64,000 bases of DNA, from contig JAOZFN010000011.1 in assembly GCA_027492205.1 (NCBI GenBank), positions 129,123 to 193,122 on the forward strand, given 5' to 3'. Positions 30,082-40,231 of the stretch are shown one piece after another. Position 1 is the first letter of the stretch. Every line of letters begins with the position of its first letter. A program made the position numbers and the translations under genes. Under the pieces are notes generated by a model that saw only the letters and a list, made by a program, of their open reading frames with translations, had not been told where the DNA came from and searched no databases. Source of the DNA: Thermoproteota archaeon. Lineage in GTDB: Archaea; Korarchaeota; Korarchaeia; Korarchaeales; Korarchaeaceae.

Positions 30082-30867
30082 TCAGGTCAGGCGACTGAAC
30101 ACGTTTGCCAGGGCTCTAACCCTCTCCGGGTCAACGGGGTTCTCCGTGACGCCTCCCTCCTTGAGCCAGGTGCCCACTATCGCCCCGTCGGCCCACCTCA
30201 AGAGCTCGACCGCGTTGTCGGAGGTTACCCCGCTCCCGACTAGCACCGGCCTGTCTCCCGCCGCCTCCTTGGCCCTCCGCACCTTCTCGGGCTCTGGGGG
30301 CCTGCCCGTCTCGCTCCCCGTCACCACCACGCCGTCCGCCCTCCCCCTGACCAGGGCGGCCCTCACAACCTCCTCCAAGCTCATTCCGTGCAGGGGCGTG
30401 GCGTGCTTGCACATCACGTCGGCGAGCACGAGGACGTCGGACCCCAGAAGCCTCTTGAGCTCCTGAACCTCAGCCGCGGCGGGCCTCAGGATCCCCTGAT
30501 CTGAGGCGAGGACCTCCACGTAGGCGTTGCACCTGATGAACCTAGCACCCGACGCCTCTGCCACGGCGACGGCGGCCGGACAGTCGTTCCGAAGGACGTT
30601 GACGCCGGCGGGTATGTCGACCTCCCGGGCAACCCTCGAGGCAATCGCGGCCATGGCAGCGACGACGGCGGGGCCGACTCTCTCCCTGAACGGGGAGTCG
30701 CCGTAGTTCTCAACGATCAGGGCGTCGGACCCGCCGGCCTCCAGGGCCCTAGCGTCTCTGATGGCCCTGGAGATGATTTCGGCCATGTCCCCCGAGTAGC
30801 GGGGGGATCCTGGGAGCGGAAGCAGGTGAACGACGCCTATCAGCGCCTTCTTGGAGCCGAAAAGCAT
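30082..30867 (-). CDS. BtpA/SgcQ family TIM-barrel protein
   Basis: IGVVHLLPLPGSP, IVENYGD, GVNVLRND, DVMCKH. Confidence 0.93.
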   Translation of the reverse strand: MLFGSKKALIGVVHLLPLPGSPRYSGDMAEIISRAIRDARALEAGGSDALIVENYGDSPFRERVGPAVVAAMAAIASRVAREVDIPAGVNVLRNDCPAAVAVAEASGARFIRCNAYVEVLASDQGILRPAAAEVQELKRLLGSDVLVLADVMCKHATPLHGMSLEEVVRAALVRGRADGVVVTGSETGRPPEPEKVRRAKEAAGDRPVLVGSGVTSDNAVELLRWADGAIVGTWLKEGGVTENPVDPERVRALANVFSRLT

Positions 30868-30906
30868 CCCGCCTACTCCCTCGGGTAGGTAAAAATCTCG
30901 ACCCCA

Positions 30907-31550
30907 TCAGCGGAGTTCGTCGAGCCTGGATCTCACGTCGTCCCAGCTGGGCATCGCCACGCTGGATCCCCTCCTCCCTACCTTGAGCCCCGCGACGACG
31001 TTGGCCAGCCTGCACGAATCCCTGAGGGTCATCCCCCGAGCGAGGCCCACGGCCAGCCCGGCGGCGAAAGCGTCCCCCTCGCCCGCCGAGTCGGCGACCC
31101 TCACCCGGATGGCCGGAATGACCTCTCCGGACGGGAGCTGGCATCCAGCGCCTCCGAGAGCGTGGCCTCGGGGATCGCCCGCACGGCCGGGGAGGGGCCA
31201 AAACATAACGACTCCGCCCGCGAAGCCAACCTCTGAGGCCATTCCAAGGATGGCCTCCCTCTGGCCCTCCGGCAGGAGGGAGTATCCGGCTAAGTGGAAG
31301 ACCCGCGCCCACCTCGCCAGGCCCCGGTGACGTCGGACCTGGCGACCTCACAGCCCCGGGGGTAGGAAATCACGGTCCTCTCACCGGAGCCGTCCACCAG
31401 AGACGCGACCACCCGGTCGCCCCGCACGAGGTGGAGACCGTCAGCCCGCCGGTACCCATACCCCCCGCCTCAGGAAGTCGAGGATCGTCAGCCCCGCGGG
31501 ATCCCCCGTCGGGTGGGGGAAAGCTACTCCAAATAGAAGATCACATCCAG
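30907..31550 (-). pseudogene. Decayed PfkB carbohydrate kinase
   Basis: The C-terminus VADSAGEGDAFAAGLAVGL...ANVVAGLKVGRRG is intact. Upstream fragments such as SLVDGSGERTVI lie in other frames. Confidence 0.7.
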
Positions 31551-31789
31551 CATCGCGTCGCGGCCCGACACCAGCAGCCTACGAACGCGCAACGCGCCGG
31601 TACCGCCGGCACACGTTAAGACGGCATCGTCGGCCCCGTCTCAATCCATAAAATGTTGCTGAGATCGGGGATTAATACAATTTACACGTGATACCTCAGA
31701 GGCCCACCGAGGTCGTGCTTAGTTAACGGTGAATACCCTCAAACGACCTTAAATGCTTATATTCCCGGAGGGCTCCGCGCGCCCAGGGG

Positions 31790-32470
31790 GTGAAAATGAT
31801 AGGCCTCTCGGCCTACTTGGCCCGAATAATCGAGCAGATAGTCGGATGGATACCCAGCATCATAAAGGCCGTGGCTATCCTGATAATCGGTTGGGCGGCT
31901 GGCAGGGTGTTCGGCAAGGCGGTCTCCTTCGCCCTAGACAAGATAGGGGTAGACGACGCCCTCAGGCAGACCAGCGTGGGCAAGGCGATAGAGGCGCGGG
32001 CGAAGATAAGCCTCGCCTCCGTCTTTGACGTCATAGCCAGGTGGTTCGTCTACCTGCTCGCGCTCACCGCGGCCTCCGAGGTGCTGGGGGTCGAGAGGCT
32101 CAGCGCCTTCCTGCAGCAGGTCGTGGCCTACCTACCCGACCTGGCGGCGGGCATAGTCATCATACTCGTCGGATTCGTCGTGGGCGACTTCCTGGGCGAC
32201 CTGGTGATCGAGACGGCGGAGAAGGGAGGCATCGAGTGGGGCGGCCTGTTCGGCAACCTCTTCAAGGTCATGGTGTACTTCGTGGTGTTCCTAGTGGGCC
32301 TCAGGCAGATGAGGATAGACGTGACGCTTCTCGAGGCGCTGGTCAAGTACCTCGCCATCGGAGTGGCCGTGGGCTCCGCGGTTGGCCTGGGAGTCGCGCT
32401 GGGCTGGGGACTCAAGGACGTCGTCAAGGAGTACGCGGAGAAGAAGATCCTGCCGAGGCTGGAGAAGTGA
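31790..32470 (+). CDS. TM-helix repeat protein (MscS-associated/CmpX-like)
   Basis: Repeated WIPSIIKAVAILIIGW / YLPDLAAGIVIILVG motif. Confidence 0.85.
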   Translation: MKMIGLSAYLARIIEQIVGWIPSIIKAVAILIIGWAAGRVFGKAVSFALDKIGVDDALRQTSVGKAIEARAKISLASVFDVIARWFVYLLALTAASEVLGVERLSAFLQQVVAYLPDLAAGIVIILVGFVVGDFLGDLVIETAEKGGIEWGGLFGNLFKVMVYFVVFLVGLRQMRIDVTLLEALVKYLAIGVAVGSAVGLGVALGWGLKDVVKEYAEKKILPRLEK

Positions 32471-32719
32471 AGGTGATCCCACCTCCCTACCCTTTTTCCT
32501 TCCCTTCCAAACTTCACGCCGAACAAACCTCCGCACCCGCGTGGAGGTCGTCCCTGGCACTCCAACGGTGACTCTTCCCTTAACGAGCTATTAATCGCCG
32601 TGATACCTAAGGATAGATTGAAAATCCCGCAGAATACGTTAATGATTTCTTCAGATATACCCTAATTTAGCAAAACACTATAAGAAATATTTATATGCGA
32701 CAGCACCCCGCTGCCTAAT

Positions 32720-32848
32720 CGGGGCGAAAGCCCCGGGAGGTGGGAGGGATGAGGGTGGGAGGCCCTGTAAGGGGTTGACCGCGCCTCTCCTTTCCACCTC
32801 TCCACGATTGCGAGATCAAGTCCCTTCGCGGCGATCCGTTTTTTGTTG
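32720..32848 (+). ncRNA. Candidate structured non-coding RNA
   Basis: GAAA-TATTTATAT (BRE/TATA-like) at 32684-32696, two GNRA-capped hairpins, and a T-tract at 32839-32847. Confidence 0.45.
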
Positions 32849-32904
32849 GGATTGACCTCTGAGTGGCCGACAAAACCCTTAACGTGGCCAGGCGCGATCT
32901 CGTG

Positions 32905-33957
32905 ATGGCGACCGCACCGGTGTTCTCTCCGACGCTGGCCGCCGCGGTCTCCGAGGGGGGTGTGGAGAGGGACTGGGACGCGCTGGTGATCGGAGGCGGC
33001 CCTGGGGGTCTGACCGCGGCTATCTACCTGGTCAGGTTCGGCGCGAGGGTCTTGGTCGTCGAGAGGGAGGCGCTGGGGGGCAGGGTGACCCTCAATCCGC
33101 TGGTGGAGAACTATCCCCCCTTCGTCGAGATCCCCGGCGGGGATCTGGCGAGGAGGTTCGCCTCCCACGCCGAGTCCGCCGGGGTTGAGTTCCTCTTCCC
33201 TGACGAAGTAATCGACCTGAGGGCGGATTCAGGCCGATTCGTCGCGGCTACCAGGTCGGGAAGGACCCTGACCGCGAGGGTGGTGATCGTGGGCACCGGG
33301 GCCGAGGAGAGGGAGCTTGGAGTCCCCGGCGAGAGGGAACTCTACGGCCGCGGCGTGAGCTACTGCGCGGTGTGCGACGGCCCGCTGTTCCGTGGGAAGG
33401 TGGTTGCGGTGGTGGGTGGCGGAGAGACCGCCGCCATATCCGGAATTCACCTCGCCGGGCTGGCCTCAAAGGTCTACCTGATCCACAGGAGGGACAGGAT
33501 GAGGGCCAACGAAGCTCGCGTGAGGAGGCTACTCTCCCTTCCGAACGTCGAGCCCGTGTGGAACACCGTCGTCGAGCGCATAGTCGGGGATGAGAGGGTG
33601 GAAGGGGTCCTCCTGAGGGACTTGAAGACGGGGGAGACGAGAGAGGTCGCCGTCGACGGCGTCTTCATATTCGTGGGGGTCCGGCCCGTCTCAGAGCTGG
33701 CCAGATCCCTCGGCGTGAGGACAGACGAGAGGGGCTTTATCTTGGTCGATGCGAGGCAGAGAACCAGCATCCCCGGGGTGTATGCCGTCGGCGACGTGGT
33801 CGGCTACCCGATGCAGATAAGCAAGGCGGTCGGCGACGGCACCAGGGCGGCCGTGGACGCGTTTGAAGAGGTCTTGGGTGGGCCCTACGGCGGGCCGGAG
33901 GAGGTAGAGAGGGGGTGGAGGGAGGAGTGGGAGGCTTTCGATCTCCGTCGCCGCTGA
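32905..33957 (+). CDS. trxB: Thioredoxin reductase
   Basis: IGGGPGG, GRGVSYCAVCDG, VGGGETA, IHRRD, GVYAVGD. Start is uncertain (32863, 32905 or 32962). Confidence 0.93.
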   Translation: MATAPVFSPTLAAAVSEGGVERDWDALVIGGGPGGLTAAIYLVRFGARVLVVEREALGGRVTLNPLVENYPPFVEIPGGDLARRFASHAESAGVEFLFPDEVIDLRADSGRFVAATRSGRTLTARVVIVGTGAEERELGVPGERELYGRGVSYCAVCDGPLFRGKVVAVVGGGETAAISGIHLAGLASKVYLIHRRDRMRANEARVRRLLSLPNVEPVWNTVVERIVGDERVEGVLLRDLKTGETREVAVDGVFIFVGVRPVSELARSLGVRTDERGFILVDARQRTSIPGVYAVGDVVGYPMQISKAVGDGTRAAVDAFEEVLGGPYGGPEEVERGWREEWEAFDLRRR

Positions 33958-33959
33958 TC

Positions 33960-34199
33960 ATGCCGGGCGAGCGGCTGAGGCTGCTGAGGGAACTCAGGGA
34001 GCGGGGCTTCTATGTGAGGATGCACGCTTACGAATACCTAGTCGGAGACGACCGTGGGTTCCTGTCCATAATCCTCCTGGAGCCTCACAAAGGAGAGGCC
34101 ACGATTCTCCGACTCCGACGCAAAGCGGTGAATCAGATCGTGGAAGCCGTCACGAGCGTTGATCCAGGCATCCGCATAGTCGTAGAAGACCTTGAGTGA
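33960..34199 (+). CDS. Small hypothetical protein
   Basis: 79-aa ORF starting 2 nt after the trxB stop. Confidence 0.55.
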   Translation: MPGERLRLLRELRERGFYVRMHAYEYLVGDDRGFLSIILLEPHKGEATILRLRRKAVNQIVEAVTSVDPGIRIVVEDLE

Positions 34200-34218
34200 G
34201 CTGGGCTTGGGGATTCAC

Positions 34219-34260
34219 GCGCGGGGTCGTAGACCCCGCGCTACCGGCAAGCCGGTAGCG
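34219..34260. other. Two overlapping perfect 10-bp inverted repeats
   Basis: GCGCGGGGTC-gta-GACCCCGCGC and CGCTACCGGC-aa-GCCGGTAGCG. Confidence 0.6.
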
Positions 34261-34516
34261 GGAGTTTTACTGACCGCTCAGCGGCAAACAAGTTGGCCTA
34301 ACCGGCTGTCCCTCCCTGGGCAAAATCCCACCACAACACGCCAGCGGGGAGGGTCTTTCACGCTTGGTTGGCGGCTAAGTGGACTCTTCTCGTGACCTCA
34401 AGCGCGATTAAGCAACGTCCCTATCCGCCAATTGCCCCCATATCGATTACCCTTAGTGGGCAAAAGGGTGAAATTGTGGATTAAATTTTTCCAACCTAAT
34501 CGAGGAAGGGAGCATG

Positions 34517-34549
34517 TTTATATTGTATTCCTTCGGCAAAACGTTACCA
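34517..34549 (+). promoter_or_regulatory. TATA box plus putative operator CGGCAA-aacg-TTACCA
   Basis: TTTATATT at 34517-34524. The palindrome at 34534-34549 is shared with 46372-46387. Confidence 0.6.
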
Positions 34550-34572
34550 CACCATAGGCGAAAGGTGGTCCT

Positions 34573-36189
34573 ATGTCCGAGACCCCCCGACGTAACTTCT
34601 TGAAGGTGGCCGGAGCGGCCGTCGTGGCCGCCGCCTTGGGCATCATAGGGTATAAGGTGGCCAAGAAGCCGTCCCCGACCCCCGCCCCCACCACCCAGCC
34701 CCCCTCCACGACCGCGGCGCCGACGACCGCCCCGCCGCCGAAGGAGAAGGTCCTCATCTTCGGGCTGAAGGAGGATATAGTGACCCTCGACCCGGCGATG
34801 CACAGGAAGAGGGTCACTGAGAGCGTCATCCAGCAGTACGCCGAGCCGCTGTTCTGGAGGACCAACGACATGAGGGTCATCCCGCACCTGCTGGAGTCCT
34901 ACGAGTTCGTCGACGACCTGACCTGGAGGCTGAAGCTGAGGAAGGGGATCAAGTTCCACGACGGGACCGAGCTGAAGGCGGAGGACGTGAAGTTCACGCT
35001 GGAGAGGATCCTAGACCCCAACCAGAACTCCCCCAGGGCCAGCATGATAGACGAGATCGACACCATCACGATAATCGACGACTACACGCTGGAGATCAAG
35101 ACCAAGTACCCGAGCGGCCCGCTGATGGTGGACCTCACGTACCAGGAGATGCTGCCCAAGCATGCCGTCGAGGCGCAGGGGGAGGACTTCTTCAAGAACC
35201 CGTTCGGCACCGGCCCGTTCAAGTTCGTGGAGTGGGTGCCCGGCGAGAGGATAGTCTTCGAGAAGAACCCCGACTACTGGGGCGGTCCAGCTGAGGTGCC
35301 GCCGGTCGGCCCGCCGAAGGTCGACAAGCTGATCTTCAAGGTCATTCCGGACTCCGCCACGCGGATGCAGGCCCTGAAGGCGGGCGAGATCCACATCTCC
35401 TATGGGTTCACCGCGGACCAGGCCGAGGAGATGGCGAAAGACCCAAACCTGGTGGTCGAGAAGGTCAGGGCGGCCAGGTCCGTCTTCGTGTTCCTGAACA
35501 CCCACAAGGCCCCGTTCAACGACAAGAGGGTCAGGCACGCCCTCAACATGGCGGTGGACGTTGACGCCATCATTAAGAACGTGCTGAAGGGCTACGGACG
35601 CAGGATAGCCTGCATGTCCTTCCCCGGCGTCCTGGGGCACGACCCGAACCTGGAGCCCTTCCCGTACGACCCTGACAGGGCGAGGCAGTTGCTCGCCGAG
35701 GCCGGCTACCCTGACGGCTTTGACGCCGTCATGATGTACGACGAGGAGTGGAGGAAGGACCAGGCCGAGGCCATCGCCTACTACCTCGGGCAGGTGGGGG
35801 TCAACGTAACGATCCAGCTCATGGACTGGGGCACCATCAAGAACGAGTACCTCCTCAAGGCCAAGGGTGACATGTACTTCGGCTCCTGGGGATGCGGCGA
35901 GCTGGAGCTCTACGGGAACGTGAACTCCACCTTCGCCAGGGAGAAGGACACCTACGCGTTCCAGTACCACAACGACGAGGTCACCAGGCTTATGAAGGAG
36001 GCCCTCGCCACGCTCGACCCGGAGCAGAGGGCCCAGAAGTTCATGGAGCTCGAGAGGATCCTGCAGGAGGACGCTCCCGCCATCTGGCTGTGGGAGCAGT
36101 TCGACCCGTGGGTCTACAGGAAGGAGGTCACGTTCACCCCCAGGACCGACGAGAGGTACAACCTGGTGGATGCCGACATAAGCGTCTAA
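34573..36189 (+). CDS. Peptide/nickel-family (family 5) ABC substrate-binding protein, Tat-exported
   Basis: RRNFLK twin-arginine signal, P/T-rich linker, LRKGIKFHDG..AEDVKFT and GTGPF. Confidence 0.95.
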   Translation: MSETPRRNFLKVAGAAVVAAALGIIGYKVAKKPSPTPAPTTQPPSTTAAPTTAPPPKEKVLIFGLKEDIVTLDPAMHRKRVTESVIQQYAEPLFWRTNDMRVIPHLLESYEFVDDLTWRLKLRKGIKFHDGTELKAEDVKFTLERILDPNQNSPRASMIDEIDTITIIDDYTLEIKTKYPSGPLMVDLTYQEMLPKHAVEAQGEDFFKNPFGTGPFKFVEWVPGERIVFEKNPDYWGGPAEVPPVGPPKVDKLIFKVIPDSATRMQALKAGEIHISYGFTADQAEEMAKDPNLVVEKVRAARSVFVFLNTHKAPFNDKRVRHALNMAVDVDAIIKNVLKGYGRRIACMSFPGVLGHDPNLEPFPYDPDRARQLLAEAGYPDGFDAVMMYDEEWRKDQAEAIAYYLGQVGVNVTIQLMDWGTIKNEYLLKAKGDMYFGSWGCGELELYGNVNSTFAREKDTYAFQYHNDEVTRLMKEALATLDPEQRAQKFMELERILQEDAPAIWLWEQFDPWVYRKEVTFTPRTDERYNLVDADISV

Positions 36190-36232
36190 TCCTTCCCCCC
36201 TCTCTCTTTTTTAGGCGGGAGCGTGTGCGCCA

Positions 36233-37258
36233 ATGTTAGACAGTGATCTCCTCCGGCTGATCGGACGGCGGATCGTCGGCCTCATTCCCGTGATGTTTGG
36301 AATTGCGATAATCGTCTTCCTGGTGTTCAGCTTCGTCCCGGGGGACCCCGTCACCATGCTGATAGGTAAGCAGAGCGACGTCAGCGAGGAGTTCATTCAG
36401 CAGCTCAGGCACAAGTACGGACTTGACAGGCCCCTCTACGTCAGGTTCTTCTACTTCCTGAGGCAGCTGATTCACGGGGACGTCGGCATATCCTACCAGT
36501 TCAACAGGCCAGCCTTGGAGGTGGTTCTCGAGAGGCTCCCGGCCACGGTTGAGCTGGCCTTCTTCGCCCTGGCCGTGGCCATCGTGATAGCCATCCCCGC
36601 CGGCATATTCGCCGCCCTGAAGGGAGGGGCGGTGGACAGGGGCATCGTGGGCCTCTCCGTGGTGGGCTTCTCGATGCCCAACTTCTGGATAGCCATGCTG
36701 CTCATCCTAGTGTTCGGGACGACCCTCAAGGTCCTCCCCATCTCGGGGAGGCTGGACGTCACCCTGACCGTCGAGAGGGTGACGGGCTTCTACATCCTCG
36801 ACGGGATACTCGCCGGGGACTGGGAGGTGGTCAGGTCAGCCCTCAGCCACATAATCCTCCCGGCCCTGTCGCTGGGCATCCCGGCGGCGGCCCTGATAGT
36901 GAGGCTCCTCAGGAACAACCTGATCAGCGTCCTTGGGGCCGAGTTCATCAGGGCGGCCAGGGCCAGGGGCCTCAGGGAGAGCGTCGTGATTTACAAGCAC
37001 GCCCTCAGGAACGCCCTCATACCGACCATAAACATCGTCGCCCTCCAGCTCGGCTTCTTCCTCACGGGATCCTTCTTCGTGGAGACCGTGTTCGCGTGGC
37101 CCGGCATGGGCAGGCTGGCCGTAGACGCGATTTACGCAAGGGACTACCCGGTCGTCATAGCCGCCGTGATGATATCGGCTCTCTTCTTCGTTCTCTCCAA
37201 CCTGCTGGCGGACATCCTGATTCTCGTGACGGACCCGCGCACCAGGGGGGTGAGGTGA
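36233..37258 (+). CDS. Peptide ABC permease (DppB-like)
   Basis: PGDP, GLDRPL, ARARGL, ETVFAWPGMG, RDYPV. Confidence 0.95.
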   Translation: MLDSDLLRLIGRRIVGLIPVMFGIAIIVFLVFSFVPGDPVTMLIGKQSDVSEEFIQQLRHKYGLDRPLYVRFFYFLRQLIHGDVGISYQFNRPALEVVLERLPATVELAFFALAVAIVIAIPAGIFAALKGGAVDRGIVGLSVVGFSMPNFWIAMLLILVFGTTLKVLPISGRLDVTLTVERVTGFYILDGILAGDWEVVRSALSHIILPALSLGIPAAALIVRLLRNNLISVLGAEFIRAARARGLRESVVIYKHALRNALIPTINIVALQLGFFLTGSFFVETVFAWPGMGRLAVDAIYARDYPVVIAAVMISALFFVLSNLLADILILVTDPRTRGVR

Positions 37259-38176
37259 GTGAGCAGGACGCTGACGACTCTCCGCGAGGACCTCCTCAGG
37301 TTTCTGGGGGGCCCCACCGTCAGTTACATGAAGAGAGACCCCGGCGCGATAGTGGGCGGGACGATATTCCTCGTGTTCGTGATGTCCGCCCTGTTCGCCG
37401 GGGTGGTCGCGCCACACGATCCCTACCAGGCCGACCTGGCGAACTCCCTGCAGCCCCCCGTGGGGTTCGGCGGATCCTGGGAGCACCCGTTGGGGACGGA
37501 CGCGATCGGGAGGGATCTCCTGAGCAGGCTGATATACGGGGCTCGGATCTCGCTGTCCGTCGCGGCCGTGTCGGTGACCCTGGCCGTCCTCGTTGGGGTC
37601 TCGCTGGGGGCCCTGTCTGGGTACTTCGGGGGGCTCATAGACGAGGTTCTGATGAGGATAGTCGACTTCTGGCTGAGTTTCCCGGCGGTGCTCATGGCGA
37701 TCTCCCTGATGGTCGTCCTGGGACCGGGCTACTGGAACGTGGTCGCCGCCATGACCCTCACGTCCTGGGTCCCGTTCGCGAGGGTCGTGAGGGGAGAGTT
37801 CCTCACGCTGAAGGAGAGGCCCTTCGTCCTGGCGGCGAAGGCCATAGGGGTGGGGAGCGCCCACATAATATTCCGGGAGGCCCTGCCCAACACCTTCCCG
37901 TCGCTGATCGTGCTCTCAACGTTCCAGCTGGCCAGGAACATAATCTACGAGGCCTCGCTCAGCTTCATCGGGATAGGCGTGAAGCCTCCGAACCCGTCGT
38001 GGGGCCTCATGCTGGGCACCGGGAGGCAGCACATCCTGGACGCCTGGTGGATCGCCATGTTCCCCGGGCTCGCGATAACCCTGGTCGTGCTGGGGATCAA
38101 CCTGCTGGGTGACTCGCTCAGGGACGCGCTCGATCCCACCATCAAGAAGAGGCTGGGGGTTGTGGAGGTACAATGA
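37259..38176 (+). CDS. Peptide ABC permease (DppC-like)
   Basis: HPLGTDAIGRDLLSRLIYGARISL and EASLSFIGIG. Confidence 0.95.
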   Translation: MSRTLTTLREDLLRFLGGPTVSYMKRDPGAIVGGTIFLVFVMSALFAGVVAPHDPYQADLANSLQPPVGFGGSWEHPLGTDAIGRDLLSRLIYGARISLSVAAVSVTLAVLVGVSLGALSGYFGGLIDEVLMRIVDFWLSFPAVLMAISLMVVLGPGYWNVVAAMTLTSWVPFARVVRGEFLTLKERPFVLAAKAIGVGSAHIIFREALPNTFPSLIVLSTFQLARNIIYEASLSFIGIGVKPPNPSWGLMLGTGRQHILDAWWIAMFPGLAITLVVLGINLLGDSLRDALDPTIKKRLGVVEVQ

Positions 38177-39141
38177 CGGCGCTTCTCTCGCTCCGGGACG
38201 TGGCCAAGTACTTCGAGATCAGGAGGGGAGTTTTCGAGAGGAGGGTTGTCAAGGCCGTCGACGGCATCAGCTTCGACGTCGAGGAGGGGCAGACCGTCGG
38301 GCTCGTCGGCGAGAGCGGGTCCGGAAAGTCCACCCTGGCGCTGACGGTGCTGAGGCTCTACGAACCTACCGGGGGGCAGGCCATATTCGAGGGCGTCAAC
38401 CTGTTCGAGCTCAAGGGGAGGGAGCTCACCAGGGTCCGCAGGAAGATGGGCATAGTGTTCCAGGATCCCTACCTCTCCCTCAACCCGGTGAAGAGGGTCA
38501 GGGACATAGTCGGCCTGCCGCTGAAGGTGCACATGCCCAAACTGAGCTTCGAGGAGAGGGAGTCAATGATCAGGGAGATGCTGGAGCAGGTTGGGCTCAA
38601 GGCGGCTGACGTAGAGAAGTTCCCCCACGAGTTCAGCGGCGGGCAGAGGCAGAGGATAGCCATAGCCAGGGCCCTGATAGTCAAGCCGAAGTTCCTCATA
38701 CTGGACGAGCCCACGTCGGCCCTGGACCTCTCGGTTCAGGCGAAGATCCTCAACCTGCTGCTGGACCTCCAGAGGGAGTTCAGGCTCACCTACCTCTTCA
38801 TAACCCACGACATGAACGTGATCAAGCACATCTCGGACAGGATCAACGTGATGTACCTCGGGAAGCTGGTGGAGTCCGCCGAGACGGAGGAACTCTTCGA
38901 GAGGCCGCTCCACCCCTACACGAGGGCCCTCCTCTCCTCCGTGCCGACGCTCGACCCGAGGCAGAGGGGGAGGAAGAAGATGCTCCTCCGCGGGGACCCC
39001 CCAGATCCCGCCAACCCCCCGCCGGGGTGCAGGTTCTCGAGCAGGTGCCCGCTGGCCGACGACCTCTGCAGGAGGGAGGAGCCGCCCCTGGTGCAGGTTG
39101 AGCCGGGGCACTGGGTCGCCTGCCACAAGGTCGGGGGGTGA
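38173..39141 (+). CDS. Peptide ABC ATPase (DppF-like)
   Basis: GESGSGKST, FSGGQRQR, PLHPYT, GCRFSSRC. Confidence 0.95.
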   Translation: MTALLSLRDVAKYFEIRRGVFERRVVKAVDGISFDVEEGQTVGLVGESGSGKSTLALTVLRLYEPTGGQAIFEGVNLFELKGRELTRVRRKMGIVFQDPYLSLNPVKRVRDIVGLPLKVHMPKLSFEERESMIREMLEQVGLKAADVEKFPHEFSGGQRQRIAIARALIVKPKFLILDEPTSALDLSVQAKILNLLLDLQREFRLTYLFITHDMNVIKHISDRINVMYLGKLVESAETEELFERPLHPYTRALLSSVPTLDPRQRGRKKMLLRGDPPDPANPPPGCRFSSRCPLADDLCRREEPPLVQVEPGHWVACHKVGG

Positions 39142-39151
39142 TTGGTGGAAG

Positions 39152-40231
39152 ATGCTCCGGATGGTGGCCCTGGCTGGAGATCCCCACGAGATGGGGCTTC
39201 AGCTGGGGAAGGAGATAAGGGGGCTGACCCCGTACATCCGAGAACTATTCGACGCAGTCAGGAGGGAGATAGGGGAGAACCCTTCCCTGGAGAAGCTCGT
39301 GGAAGACATGAGAGAGGTAGTCGAGAGGCACTCCCCCGAGTTCATCCAGATGCTGGAGGGGGTGGCGGAGGGGGCCTGGTTCGCCAGGGACATCCTCTTC
39401 GAAACCACCTGCTCCACGTTCCTCCGGCACATGCTCCACTACGGCCTCGAGTGCTCGGTCTGGGCGGTGAAGGCAGAGCACACATCCCTCGGGGAGCCGA
39501 TCTTGGCCAAGAACAGGGACAAGAGGGTCAGATACAAGCCGCTGCACCTCTTCGTCTACGCCCGGCCGAAGGGCGGCTTGGCGTACTTCGCCTCCACCAA
39601 CGCCGGCGACCCGGGCGTGGCGGGGGGCGGCATAAACGAGAGGGGACTCACGGTGTTCTCCACGTACGTGGCCTCCTCAGACATCGGCGTGGGCCTGCCA
39701 GACAACGTCCTGGCGAAGATGATACTCGAGAGCTGCTCCACGGTGGAGGAGGCCATCGACCTCCTGAAGTCGGTTCCCAGGCTGGGGCAGTTCACCTTCA
39801 CGCTGGGGGACGCCAAGGGGGACATTGCGGTGGTCGAGGTGGGATACAGCGAGCTGGACGTGGAGATCCCGGAAGAGGGGTACGCCTTCCGCACGAACCA
39901 CTTCAAGTCGGCCCGGATGAGCGAGAAGTACTACGACCCATACCACTACACGGCCTACGAGAAGGAGGACACCCTAGCCAGGTGGAGGCACCTGGACGAG
40001 AGGGTGAGAGGCGCCCTCGGCACCATAGACCTCAACTTCGTGAAGAGGCTCATGAGGTACCACGACCCCGGCGGGCACTCCATCTGCAGGCACGTCGGCG
40101 AGGGGGACGTGCCGGTGGAGACCGTGGCCTCAATGATAGCGCTTCCAAAGAGGTCTAGGATCCTGTTCGCGGAGGGGCCCCCCTGCGAGCACCCCTACGT
40201 AACCCTCGACCTCGGAGGTGGTATGCCGTGA
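39152..40231 (+). CDS. C45 family autoproteolytic Ntn acyltransferase/peptidase
   Basis: Pro-domain followed by LE|CSVW (Cys nucleophile), LAKNRD, GINERGL, RTNHF and SICRH. Confidence 0.88.
   Translation: MLRMVALAGDPHEMGLQLGKEIRGLTPYIRELFDAVRREIGENPSLEKLVEDMREVVERHSPEFIQMLEGVAEGAWFARDILFETTCSTFLRHMLHYGLECSVWAVKAEHTSLGEPILAKNRDKRVRYKPLHLFVYARPKGGLAYFASTNAGDPGVAGGGINERGLTVFSTYVASSDIGVGLPDNVLAKMILESCSTVEEAIDLLKSVPRLGQFTFTLGDAKGDIAVVEVGYSELDVEIPEEGYAFRTNHFKSARMSEKYYDPYHYTAYEKEDTLARWRHLDERVRGALGTIDLNFVKRLMRYHDPGGHSICRHVGEGDVPVETVASMIALPKRSRILFAEGPPCEHPYVTLDLGGGMP

Noticed and set aside
32736-32801. SECIS element for trxB
   Set aside because: trxB has an intact CAVC motif and no in-frame TGA, and no selenoprotein candidate is nearby.
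34660-34740. Pro/Thr low-complexity repeat
   Set aside because: This is an ordinary linker of an archaeal membrane-anchored binding protein.
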